Part shown: positions 17,023 through 25,421 of the stretch, one piece after another
How the letters are laid out: each line of letters opens with the position of its first letter
Numbering within the stretch: the stretch's first letter is position 1
Source: an uncultured Candidatus Saccharibacteria bacterium
GTDB lineage: Bacteria; Patescibacteriota; WWE3; UBA101185; UBA10185
Assembly: GCA_964490125.1 (NCBI GenBank)
Contig: CAZBAJ010000005.1
Span: 4,631-68,630 of the forward strand
Length of the DNA: 64,000 nucleotides
Direction: 5' to 3'
Notes under the pieces: generated by a model
The model's input: the letters and a program-made list of their open reading frames with translations, nothing else
Told to the model about the DNA's origin: nothing
Database searches by the model: none
Program-made: the position numbers and the translations under genes

Positions 17023-17063
17023 AATCGGGGAGACGGCGCGGGGCAGTGGCCGCCTCTCCGATT
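17023..17063 (+). other. GC-rich stem-loop downstream of the sortase gene
   Basis: aatcggggagacggc / gccgcctctccgatt, a 15-bp imperfect stem with an 11-nt loop. No 3' U-tract. Confidence 0.4.
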
Positions 17064-17107
17064 AAGACTCATGAGTAATTTATTCCAACAAATTAGAAAG
17101 GACTAAA

Positions 17108-18457
17108 ATGAATGTAAAGAGATCTAATGGTCAAGTTACTTACTCAAGTTTTGGCGACAAGGGTGACGCAAGGCAGTCGGACAGAGGCGATAGACAAGAC
17201 AGCAGGATGGACAGAGCCGACAGAGGTGATAGAAACGGAGATCGTCCGTCAAGCGTAAGTTACTACCGCGAACCCCAACAAGGTCAAACAAATCAGTCAA
17301 ATTATCAAGAATATTTAGATACTTACCAGGGAGAGATGGTTCAGGTGGAGGGTGTACTAGAAATGTTGCCAGATTATGGTATTTTGCGACAGGATGACCG
17401 AGCCAGTGGCGATGATAATCTGCCTAGAGATGTCTATATAAGCCTTTCCCAGGTTAAGCGGTTTTCTTTACGGGTGGGCGACAAGGTAAAAGGTCAAGCC
17501 AGACCTCCAAAGGAGGGCGAGCGTTATCTTTCTATGTTAAAGGTTGAGCAAGTAGAGGGTTTGGATCCAGAAGAAGCTAGAAAAAGGCCATCGTTTAATA
17601 AACTTACGCCAATTTTTCCTACCGAATGGATGCATTTGGAAACCGAGCCTGACATAATTGCCACAAGACTTATTGATATAATTTCTCCTATTGGTAAGGG
17701 TCAAAGAGCAATGATTGTAGCTCCGCCCAAAGCGGGAAAAACCTTTTTACTTAAAGACATTGCAAATGGTATCACGGTGAATTATCCGGATGTCATACTT
17801 ATGGTGGCATTAATAGGGGAGCGACCGGAAGAGGTAACCGATATGCGACGCAGTGTTAAGGGCGAGGTTTTTTCCAGCAACTTTGACGAAAAAGCAGAAA
17901 ATCAAACAGGTGTTGCGGAAGTATGCTTAGAGCGGGCTAAACGCTTAGCGGAAAAGGGTAAAGATGTGGTTATTTTAATGGACTCGTTAACCAGGCTTGC
18001 CCGCGCCTACAACATGGTGGTACCACCTTCTGGTAGAACACTTTCCGGTGGGTTTGATCCGTCCGCGCTATACCCGCCTAAGCACTTTTTTGGTGCCGCC
18101 CGTAAATTTGAAGAAGGCGGTTCTCTAACCATTGTGGCTACAGCTCTGGTTGATACGGGTTCCAAGATGGATGATGTGATTTTTGAGGAATTTAAGGGTA
18201 CAGGTAATATGGAGTTGCGACTTGACAGATCGCTTTCCGAAAGACGGATTTTTCCCGCCATAGACATTAAAGCAAGCTCTACCAGGCACGAGGAAAAGCT
18301 GTACGACGAGAAAACTTTGGAATCAGTGTATAGGTTGCGTAGAATGGTGGACTTGTTGGACGACAGACAGGCTACAGAACTTGTTATTACCCGACTTAAA
18401 AAGTCAAAAACTAACAAGGAATTTTTGGAAACCTTGCATCAAGCACAAGCCGCCTAA
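17108..18457 (+). CDS. rho: transcription termination factor Rho with Arg/Asp-rich N-terminal extension
   Basis: Walker A (APPKAGKTFLLKDIANGI) plus the RecA-like core typical of Rho. N-terminal low-complexity RDR-rich region. Confidence 0.9.
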   Translation: MNVKRSNGQVTYSSFGDKGDARQSDRGDRQDSRMDRADRGDRNGDRPSSVSYYREPQQGQTNQSNYQEYLDTYQGEMVQVEGVLEMLPDYGILRQDDRASGDDNLPRDVYISLSQVKRFSLRVGDKVKGQARPPKEGERYLSMLKVEQVEGLDPEEARKRPSFNKLTPIFPTEWMHLETEPDIIATRLIDIISPIGKGQRAMIVAPPKAGKTFLLKDIANGITVNYPDVILMVALIGERPEEVTDMRRSVKGEVFSSNFDEKAENQTGVAEVCLERAKRLAEKGKDVVILMDSLTRLARAYNMVVPPSGRTLSGGFDPSALYPPKHFFGAARKFEEGGSLTIVATALVDTGSKMDDVIFEEFKGTGNMELRLDRSLSERRIFPAIDIKASSTRHEEKLYDEKTLESVYRLRRMVDLLDDRQATELVITRLKKSKTNKEFLETLHQAQAA

Positions 18458-18502
18458 GTTTGCTAAAATAACCTAATCGTCTTTATTGGACTAGTGAAAG
18501 TC

Positions 18503-18579
18503 GGCCTTCATGCCCCTCTCGTCGCGGGTCCCTGTCCGCCTTTGGCGGACGCCCGACTCCTCGAAAGTGCATGAAGCCC
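18503..18579 (+). repeat. GC-rich structured palindromic element, copy A
   Basis: Core ...tcatgcccctctcgtcgcgggtccctgtccgcctttggcggacgcccgactcctcgaa.... About 90% identical to the element at 63769-63844. Nested stems gtccgcc/ggcggac, cgtcg/cgac and an outer ccttcatgc/gcatgaagg. Confidence 0.55.
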
Positions 18580-18628
18580 TCCTTAGTCTCTATACTGGGG
18601 CGCAAAGCCCGATAAAGTCGACAAACTT

Positions 18629-19819
18629 ATGCTATTTACCATAGGTCGTCCGGTGTCAAAAAGGTTTGTGGAGATGCGCTTTACCAACCTTATCCCATAC
18701 GGACGCAACAAAATTTTAGTCCTCCTAAAAGACCTTGGTCTATTCTTTAGATGGCTGGGCGTGTATTTTGCGCTTAAAATCAAAAAATTCTTCCTTTTAG
18801 TGGGAAAAACCCTAGTTTTAGTCGTCCAAAAAGTCCAGGATCTTAAAAGTTATTTTGTGGCAAAACTTATTTGGTCACGGGGGAGGCTGGGCAGGCCGGT
18901 GGCAAATTTTATCGTCATGCTTTTGGCTTTAAGCGTATTCTTTTTTGGAGAAATTCTTAGCGGGTCAAAATTAGTGGTTAGCAAAGAGGTTGACCCAGAC
19001 TATTTAAAAACGGTTGTGGACATTATTCCGGAAAAAAACATTGCGCTAACCACTATTCCGGAAGAGCGCCAACGGACGCAGTATCTGGCTTACAAAATCG
19101 AGTCGGGCGACACTTTATTTGGCATTGGAAATAAATTTAAGGTTTCTGTTGACGCGTTAAAGTATGTAAATAATTTGTACGACGGATCGGTGCTAAAGGT
19201 TGGGAGTGAAATTGTGATTCCGCCTGCTTCTGGCTTGATTCATAAAGTAGAGGCGGGCGATACACTTGCGTCCATTGCTAAAAAATACTCCGTACCGTCA
19301 CAGGCTATTGCGGACTTTAACTACCTGTTAGAGCCTAATAAATTGGCTTTAGGGACAGAACTTGTTATTCCTGATGCTAAAATTCCTCAACCTGTAGTTT
19401 TGGGTTTGCCTGTTGGACTTGCCACTATTGCCCAAGGTGTTAACGACGCGAGTGCTAAAAAGGGTTGGTGTATGTGGCCTACATCGGTTAGCGTAATTAC
19501 CCAAAACTTTTCTTGGTATCATAATGGTTTGGATATTTCCGGAGGTGGAACGCCCCCAATTTATTCTTGCGCGGGCGGCGTGGTTGTTAGAGCGGGTTGG
19601 GATCCGTTTGGGCTTGGTTTGCATGTTAGAGTCGACCACGGTAACGGTTACGAAACAATCTACGGTCACATGAGTAGACTAGATGTAAGCTACGGCGACA
19701 AAGTCAAAAAGGGCGAAATTGTAGGGATTATGGGTAGTACAGGCAACTCTACAGGTCTGCATGTTCATTTTATGATAAAGTACAACGGGTCGCCACAAGA
19801 TCCTTTAAAGTATATTTAG
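18629..19819 (+). CDS. LysM-domain M23 family peptidoglycan metalloendopeptidase
   Basis: Two LysM repeats (YKIESGDTLFGIG..., HKVEAGDTLASIA...). C-terminal M23 motifs (HNGLDI, GSTGNSTGLHVHF). TM region near the N-terminus. Confidence 0.8.
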   Translation: MLFTIGRPVSKRFVEMRFTNLIPYGRNKILVLLKDLGLFFRWLGVYFALKIKKFFLLVGKTLVLVVQKVQDLKSYFVAKLIWSRGRLGRPVANFIVMLLALSVFFFGEILSGSKLVVSKEVDPDYLKTVVDIIPEKNIALTTIPEERQRTQYLAYKIESGDTLFGIGNKFKVSVDALKYVNNLYDGSVLKVGSEIVIPPASGLIHKVEAGDTLASIAKKYSVPSQAIADFNYLLEPNKLALGTELVIPDAKIPQPVVLGLPVGLATIAQGVNDASAKKGWCMWPTSVSVITQNFSWYHNGLDISGGGTPPIYSCAGGVVVRAGWDPFGLGLHVRVDHGNGYETIYGHMSRLDVSYGDKVKKGEIVGIMGSTGNSTGLHVHFMIKYNGSPQDPLKYI

Positions 19820-19839
19820 AGCGACGAATACAGCAAGAT

Positions 19840-21138
19840 ATGATAGACAATGTCAAAATTACAATTAAAGCGGGCGACGGAGGAGATGGAGCAGTTTCTT
19901 TTCACCGTGAAAAGTTTGTCACTCGTGGTGGACCGGATGGCGGCGATGGCGGTAGGGGAGGCTCCGTAATTTTTGTTGCGGACAACAACACTTCTACTTT
20001 GGACGACTTTAGGTCAAAAAAGGTTTTTAGCGCGCAAAATGGGGAAGCGGGTAAAAAGTTAAAAATGTACGGCAAAAACGCCGAGGATTTGTATATAAAG
20101 GTACCGGTTGGGACTTTGGTGTTCCAGGTTGACGACTTGGGAGACGATTCCGAACTTGCCAAAACAGATAAATTTACTAAAAAGCTAATAGACGGGGCTT
20201 CCTCACAGCGTCAATTAATTGCGGATTTAAACCAACTTGGCGACCGGTTTCTGGTGGCAAAGGGAGGTCGTGGGGGCAAGGGTAATTACAAATTTAAGTC
20301 GTCCACCAACCAAACGCCCACACAATACATTCCCGGCGAGGCAGGGGAGCAAAAAGAAATTATTTTGGAGCTAAAACTTATTGCCGATGTGGGACTTATT
20401 GGGCTTCCCAGCGCAGGTAAAAGCACGCTTATTAACGCACTGGCCCACACTAACGCTAAGGTAGCGTCGTACCACTTTACAACTTTGGAACCTAATTTGG
20501 GGGTTTGGCAGATTGACGCGGGTAGGCGGGTTGTGGTTGCCGATATTCCGGGGTTGATCGAGGGTGCGTCTTTAGGTAAGGGTTTGGGTGACGAGTTTTT
20601 GCGCCACATTGAACGCACTAAAGTTTTGGTGCATTTGGTGGATCCTTTGGCGGTAATGGAAGAGAAATCAATCGAAGCTCGAAATCGTTTGACTGCGGTG
20701 GACTCGCCAAGAGCTAACGAGCTTGAATCTAGTCAGCTAATAAATCCTGCCAAAGTGTTCCAAAACTACCAAGTCGTCCTAAAAGAGCTTAAAGACTACA
20801 AGGGCGGACTTTGGGATGTTAGCCAAAAGCCCCAGGTTGTGGTTATAAATAAAATTGACATTACAGAAGTTAAAGATGCGCTTACAGCTTTGGTTGACTA
20901 TTTTAGGCTCCAGGTAGTTGAGGTGCTACCAATCTCTGCGGCAACGGGGGAGGGTGTAGAGGCGTTGCGCAAAAAAGTGCTGGAAGTTTTGTCGTACACC
21001 AAAGAACCAGAGGTGGAAATTGAACCTCCTGTTAAAAAATACAATCTGTACAATTTGCCGGGTTTAAATCGTCGTCCTGTTTTAACTAAAGAGGTTAAAG
21101 GTTTGGTGGAAGCCCCTAAAAGGCGGGAGATTAGGTAG
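19840..21138 (+). CDS. obg: GTPase Obg/CgtA
   Basis: N-terminal Obg fold (IKAGDGGDGAVSFHREKFVTRGGPDGGDGGRGGSVIF). G domain (GLPSAGKSTL, DIPGLIEGA, NKID). C-terminal extension. Confidence 0.9.
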   Translation: MIDNVKITIKAGDGGDGAVSFHREKFVTRGGPDGGDGGRGGSVIFVADNNTSTLDDFRSKKVFSAQNGEAGKKLKMYGKNAEDLYIKVPVGTLVFQVDDLGDDSELAKTDKFTKKLIDGASSQRQLIADLNQLGDRFLVAKGGRGGKGNYKFKSSTNQTPTQYIPGEAGEQKEIILELKLIADVGLIGLPSAGKSTLINALAHTNAKVASYHFTTLEPNLGVWQIDAGRRVVVADIPGLIEGASLGKGLGDEFLRHIERTKVLVHLVDPLAVMEEKSIEARNRLTAVDSPRANELESSQLINPAKVFQNYQVVLKELKDYKGGLWDVSQKPQVVVINKIDITEVKDALTALVDYFRLQVVEVLPISAATGEGVEALRKKVLEVLSYTKEPEVEIEPPVKKYNLYNLPGLNRRPVLTKEVKGLVEAPKRREIR

Positions 21139-21174
21139 TCGCGGGGAATTGGTAACTTTGATTGACTACGGTTT

Positions 21175-21183
21175 TGCTATAAT
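21175..21183 (+). promoter_or_regulatory. extended -10 promoter element (TGcTATAAT) upstream of tRNA-Ala
   Basis: tgctataat lies 35 nt upstream of the tRNA 5' end. No well-spaced -35. Confidence 0.3.
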
Positions 21184-21218
21184 ACTTAAGCGAACAAGCA
21201 ACTTAAATGACAAAATAT

Positions 21219-21294
21219 GGGCCGTTAGCTTAGTTGGTAGAGCGCTTCCATGGCATGGAAGAGGTCAGCGGTTCGACTCCGCTACGGTCCACCA
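21219..21294 (+). tRNA. tRNA-Ala (anticodon GGC), CCA encoded
   Basis: Cloverleaf folded by hand. Acceptor gggccgt/acggtcc with the G3:U70 alanine identity pair. Anticodon loop atGGCat. T-loop ttcgact. Confidence 0.85.
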
Positions 21295-21334
21295 TTAAAG
21301 TCAACAAAAAGACAACAGCATCAGTAAAAATAAT

Positions 21335-22051
21335 ATGACAAATGAAGAAATTACTCTCCACGCCTTAGAGTTTGCCAAAAAGAATAAACTCCGCATAGCC
21401 AGAGAATTGACCGATCCAAGTAAATATAAGCCTACAGACCATCCCGTCTCTGTTTTTATGGCAGGTTCTCCTGGGGCGGGTAAGACGGAATTTTCTAAAA
21501 ATCTTGCTAAAGATTTACATAAAGGTGAAGGCATCAATGTTGTTCGGATTGACGGGGATGATTTAAGACCATATATGCCGGGTTATACAGGAAGTAACTC
21601 TCACCTATTCCAGGGTGCCGTTTCTTTAATTGTTGAGAAGATGCAAGATTTAGTATTACATACAGGGCAAAACTTTATTCTGGATGGAACTTTCTCTAGT
21701 TATCGTAAAGCTACCGAAAACATCAATCGCTCCTTGTCTAAGGGCAGGGTTGTTTCAGTTTTTTACTTGTATCAAAGACCTGAAATAGCTTGGAAGTTTA
21801 CCCAGGCGCGTGAAAAAGCAGAAGGTAGAAACATTCCCAAAACAGCCTTTATTAGTCAATTTTCTGAGGCTAGAGAAACAATTGAGAACCTAATTTTGAA
21901 TTATGGTGGTCTTATTAAGATAACTCTTGTGGCTAAAGACTTTGAGAATAAAACAATCGATCTTGTTGAAATTGCGGACAATGCGACAAAAATTGACGGT
22001 GTTACTTTTGCTCGTTATAATGAGCGAGAATTAGAAAGTTTATTAAAATGA
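21335..22051 (+). CDS. zeta-toxin-like P-loop kinase family protein
   Basis: Walker A (FMAGSPGAGKTEF) with the zeta/AAA_33-like layout. ATGA overlap with the next small ORF. Confidence 0.55.
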   Translation: MTNEEITLHALEFAKKNKLRIARELTDPSKYKPTDHPVSVFMAGSPGAGKTEFSKNLAKDLHKGEGINVVRIDGDDLRPYMPGYTGSNSHLFQGAVSLIVEKMQDLVLHTGQNFILDGTFSSYRKATENINRSLSKGRVVSVFYLYQRPEIAWKFTQAREKAEGRNIPKTAFISQFSEARETIENLILNYGGLIKITLVAKDFENKTIDLVEIADNATKIDGVTFARYNERELESLLK

Positions 22052-22215
22052 GACCCACAAAAAAGAATGAAAAATTAAGAAATGTAAACGGTTTCTCCGA
22101 CTTTTTTTACCATGCGACTCCAGAGGAGAGGCAAAAGGTTCTTAGAGAAGTGGTTAAAAAAGCCAATGATGACCAAGCTAAGTTATATTCTGAATACGGA
22201 AAGGCAGGAGTATGA
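22048..22215 (+). CDS. small hypothetical protein (55 aa), translationally coupled on both sides
   Basis: My manual translation gives MRPTKKNEKLRNVNGFSDFFYHATPEERQKVLREVVKKANDDQAKLYSEYGKAGV. ATGA overlaps at both ends (22048-22051 and 22212-22215). Below the track cutoff. Confidence 0.3.
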   Translation: MRPTKKNEKLRNVNGFSDFFYHATPEERQKVLREVVKKANDDQAKLYSEYGKAGV

Positions 22216-22589
22216 GGTTAAACGCTGTTGGAGTGTCGTCAAAAAATATCGGGGAGACAGTTAAATTCTATCAACTGTTGGGGTTTGAGTTTCAGCCATA
22301 CGGTAAAGAGGATAGGCATGTTGAGTCAATTAATAACCAGGGATCTAAACTTATGATCGACCATATTTCCATGGTCAAAGAAATAATCGGCGTCACACCC
22401 GCTCCTTCTAATCATTCAAACTTTGCCATTCAATATGACACACCGTCCGATCTAAATCTTGTGGTCAAGAGTTTAGAAACTGGAGGATACGGGATCGTGA
22501 AACCGGCTTGGGATGCTTTTTGGGGTCAGAGGTACGCGGTTGTTAAGGATCCGGATGGTTACATGGTGGATCTGTACTCTTATCTGTGA
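22212..22589 (+). CDS. VOC/glyoxalase-bleomycin resistance family protein
   Basis: 125 aa with the two-module beta-alpha-beta-beta-beta pattern (VGVSSKNIGETVKFY..., AVVKDPDGYMVDL). Confidence 0.7.
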   Translation: MRLNAVGVSSKNIGETVKFYQLLGFEFQPYGKEDRHVESINNQGSKLMIDHISMVKEIIGVTPAPSNHSNFAIQYDTPSDLNLVVKSLETGGYGIVKPAWDAFWGQRYAVVKDPDGYMVDLYSYL

Positions 22590-22622
22590 GTTGCCTCTTG
22601 TTAATTGGTTTCAATCTTTGCA

Positions 22623-23318
22623 TCATCTTGGAAATTTGCTGACATATTTTTCAATGCTTGCCGGAAGGTTTTGGATTGTTTCCGTTGTTACAAAAGGATC
22701 TATTCGGCTGTCGCCACGGTCTTGGAGTTCGTAATCGGGTACTAAATGTCCAAAAAGTTGTTGCGTCATAAGGTCTACAACCCGCTCTTTTTCCCAATGT
22801 GTAAGTCCAAACTGTCTGACGATATTTTCTTCAATCCCCATATGAACCATCTCATGAATGGGCGTGTGGGTTTGGCTGACGCGCTTAAAAGTTCCGTCCG
22901 CCCTTGTTAACATAACAACTACCCCAGTGTCCTCATAATAATTCCCACCTGGACCGTATTTAGTTAAGGCTAGTTGGTAGACGGGGAAGGTTTTAAATCC
23001 CCAAAGAGCGTTAAGTTTTTGAAAAGTTGGCAGTGTAGCTTCAAAAAGCGGGCGATGGCTTTCTAATATCTCTAGTCCTTTGGCAAAAAACGCCGGATCG
23101 TATTCAGTCGCCAAGAATTCTGCTAACTTACTCTCTCTCTCCTGCGTCCCAAAAGGAGTCCTTAAGTCGGGTACATCGGGCAAACCTAGCGTGTAGCCGT
23201 TTTCCTGATACCAAGGAAGTTGGTTTAGTACGGATTCCAGCCAGGCAAATTCTTCCTCCGGGGTTTGGGGGCGGATTTCTATTCTCATAACGGGTTGTAG
23301 TTCCTGTCTAGTCGCCAT
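22623..23318 (-). CDS. hypothetical protein with HExxH motif (possible Zn-dependent hydrolase)
   Basis: Start taken at ATG 23316-23318 (MATRQELQ...), immediately downstream of a TGcTATAAT extended -10 on the minus strand, so probably leaderless. Contains HEMVHMG. Confidence 0.45.
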   Translation of the reverse strand: MATRQELQPVMRIEIRPQTPEEEFAWLESVLNQLPWYQENGYTLGLPDVPDLRTPFGTQERESKLAEFLATEYDPAFFAKGLEILESHRPLFEATLPTFQKLNALWGFKTFPVYQLALTKYGPGGNYYEDTGVVVMLTRADGTFKRVSQTHTPIHEMVHMGIEENIVRQFGLTHWEKERVVDLMTQQLFGHLVPDYELQDRGDSRIDPFVTTETIQNLPASIEKYVSKFPR

Positions 23319-23351
23319 TTGCTTGATATTATAGCACCAATAACGCTCCGC

Positions 23352-23413
23352 TTGACAACATGGTAATTGCCAGTTATCATAAAACCATGGTTTATGGTAA
23401 TTACCAACTATCA
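23352..23413 (+). promoter_or_regulatory. promoter TTGACA-N17-TATCAT overlapped by two 20-bp direct repeats (putative operator)
   Basis: TTGACA at 23352-23357, TATCAT at 23375-23380. Repeats atggtaattgccagttatca (23360-23379) and atggtaattaccaactatca (23394-23413) with period 34. Sits in the divergent intergenic region. Confidence 0.4.
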
Positions 23414-23446
23414 CTCCACAATCCGTGGTGGGAGGAGGGCTATAAT

Positions 23447-24742
23447 ATGGACGCCGACTCCAAACTAGTGGAGCTTTCTGCCTTAAAATACCGTTACATT
23501 CACCCCTTAATAAATGAATATCCCGTGGAAAAAGATGTGGTTTTTACCATGCGCGGTCCAAGGAGGGTGGGCAAGACCACGCTTATTAAGTTAATTATCA
23601 AAAAACTACTTGACCAAAAAATTCCCAGAAAAAACCTTTTTTATCTTCCGTGCGACAGGATTGAGCATTTTAACGAGCTTTATACTGCAGTAAGGAGTTA
23701 TGTCGATAAACAAAGAGTTTCCGCTAGCGGTAGAATTTACATCTTTTTAGATGAAGTGTCATATGTAAAAGAATGGCAAAGAGCTGTAAAATCGCTGTGG
23801 GATGACGACGTGCTTAAAAACTGCACATTGCTAATAACAGGGTCAAACGCCGTCGACTTAAAAGTGTCGTCCGAAAGATTACCCGGTAGAACTGGCAAAT
23901 ATTTTAATAGCGAAAAACTATTTTTACCGTTAGATTTTTTTGACTTCTACAAACTACTAAACCCCGATTGGACGGGGGAGTTTGAACCCAAAAATCTACC
24001 CAAGTTTAAAAAATATTTGGACGACTTTATGTTGGTAGGGGGTTTTCCACAGGTTATTAACGAGTACTACACCAATGGCTTTATAGCGTCGGAAACCTAT
24101 GAAACTTATACCAAGTGGGTTGACGGGGATGTTCACAAAAACGGTAAGTCTACGGAAAGTGCCTACCGACTGTTTAAAGAGTTGGACAAAACGCTTACTA
24201 GTAGGGTAAGTTACACTAATTTAGCTAAGGACACGCTTTTTGCGTCCCAACAGAGTGTGCAGGATTATGTGGAGCTTTTTGACCTCACGTATGTTTGTTT
24301 TAAGTGCGATTACTTGCTATTAGAGTCCAGGAAAGTCGATCCTAAAAAAAATAAAAAGTTTTACTTTGTCGACCCGTTTGTTCATAACGCGCTTTTGGCT
24401 AAGCAGGATGGATTTTTGGACGACGCTTTTAATTATTCACGCAAGCTGTTGGCAGGGGAGAATGTTGCTTCCACTAGGTTTGAGGAGGTGGTGGGAAGTT
24501 TGTTAAAAAGACGGTTTACACGCATTGATTACGGTATGTTAGCGGGCGACGCGTTGGAAGTAGATTTTGTGGGCTTTGACCACGGTAAATATAGCCTTTT
24601 TGAATGTAAATACGGGAAAACAGGTTTGCAAAACTACTTAAACTATAAAAAACTATTTGACTCTTTTGGGGGTTTAAAGATTTTGGTTCCCGATATTGCC
24701 GAGGAAGGGGAAACCTCGTTTTTTGACCTTTTTAAGGGTTGA
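23447..24742 (+). CDS. AAA-family ATPase (AAA_14 + DUF4143-type)
   Basis: Start at ATG 23447, 9 nt after GGAGGAG. Walker A (GPRRVGKTTLIKLI). Walker B (IFLDEVSY). C-terminal DUF4143-like region. Confidence 0.65.
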   Translation: MDADSKLVELSALKYRYIHPLINEYPVEKDVVFTMRGPRRVGKTTLIKLIIKKLLDQKIPRKNLFYLPCDRIEHFNELYTAVRSYVDKQRVSASGRIYIFLDEVSYVKEWQRAVKSLWDDDVLKNCTLLITGSNAVDLKVSSERLPGRTGKYFNSEKLFLPLDFFDFYKLLNPDWTGEFEPKNLPKFKKYLDDFMLVGGFPQVINEYYTNGFIASETYETYTKWVDGDVHKNGKSTESAYRLFKELDKTLTSRVSYTNLAKDTLFASQQSVQDYVELFDLTYVCFKCDYLLLESRKVDPKKNKKFYFVDPFVHNALLAKQDGFLDDAFNYSRKLLAGENVASTRFEEVVGSLLKRRFTRIDYGMLAGDALEVDFVGFDHGKYSLFECKYGKTGLQNYLNYKKLFDSFGGLKILVPDIAEEGETSFFDLFKG

Positions 24743-25331
24743 TTAGCGTCCGTTCTCCAGTATTTATATCTATTGCGTAGGGATATATTTTTGGCTCTAT
24801 TTCTAAGTTAATTTCTTTAAGTTTTGGACCATCCTTGGATTCTTTTATATACTGTTCCATCATAAGTTCGGAGTCCCGTCTTGCTTGCTCTGATTTTCTT
24901 ATAGCATCTTCTGGTGCAATGTACATGGGTGTGGTGTATAGGTTAGGATAGTTTTGGTTAATCTTTTTGCTTTGAGACTCTGGTAAATTTCTGTATAGGA
25001 CAAGAATAGCGACTTCTGCTACGGTAATAAACAGGATAAGGAACACCGCAGTATAAGCAAGTATTTTCAGTCCCACCAGACCTCTACGGGTGACAAAGAA
25101 GTATAGAGGAACAAAAAACACCGCTAGAAAATAAATTAGAACAGTGGTTAACGCGGATACTGCCCACAAAGTGCTTGTAAACGCAAAATTTGTAGTGCTA
25201 CTACCTCTGTAAAACAGGCCGTTGTTTATGGGCATTACTCTTTGGAAAAAGACATAAAGTAAGAAAGATAAAGAGAAGACAAGAAGAGCTTGAGTTAGAC
25301 CTAGCAACCAATTGGGTACTATTTTATTCAT
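24732..25331 (-). CDS. hypothetical membrane protein
   Basis: Start at internal ATG (MNKIVPNWLLG...). 3-4 predicted TM helices. Acidic C-terminus. Confidence 0.45.
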   Translation of the reverse strand: MNKIVPNWLLGLTQALLVFSLSFLLYVFFQRVMPINNGLFYRGSSTTNFAFTSTLWAVSALTTVLIYFLAVFFVPLYFFVTRRGLVGLKILAYTAVFLILFITVAEVAILVLYRNLPESQSKKINQNYPNLYTTPMYIAPEDAIRKSEQARRDSELMMEQYIKESKDGPKLKEINLEIEPKIYPYAIDINTGERTLINP

Positions 25332-25421
25332 GGGGGAATTATACCATCGATTGGGTGACGGCGAAAAACCCCGTCGCACGACGGGGTTTTTAAAGCGTCT
25401 GTTGGATTAATTAATCCAAGC

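Noticed and set aside
21158-21183. Canonical -35/-10 promoter for tRNA-Ala using TTGACT at 21162-21167
   Set aside because: Spacer to the TATAAT is only 10 nt. I kept only the extended -10 as a low-confidence call.
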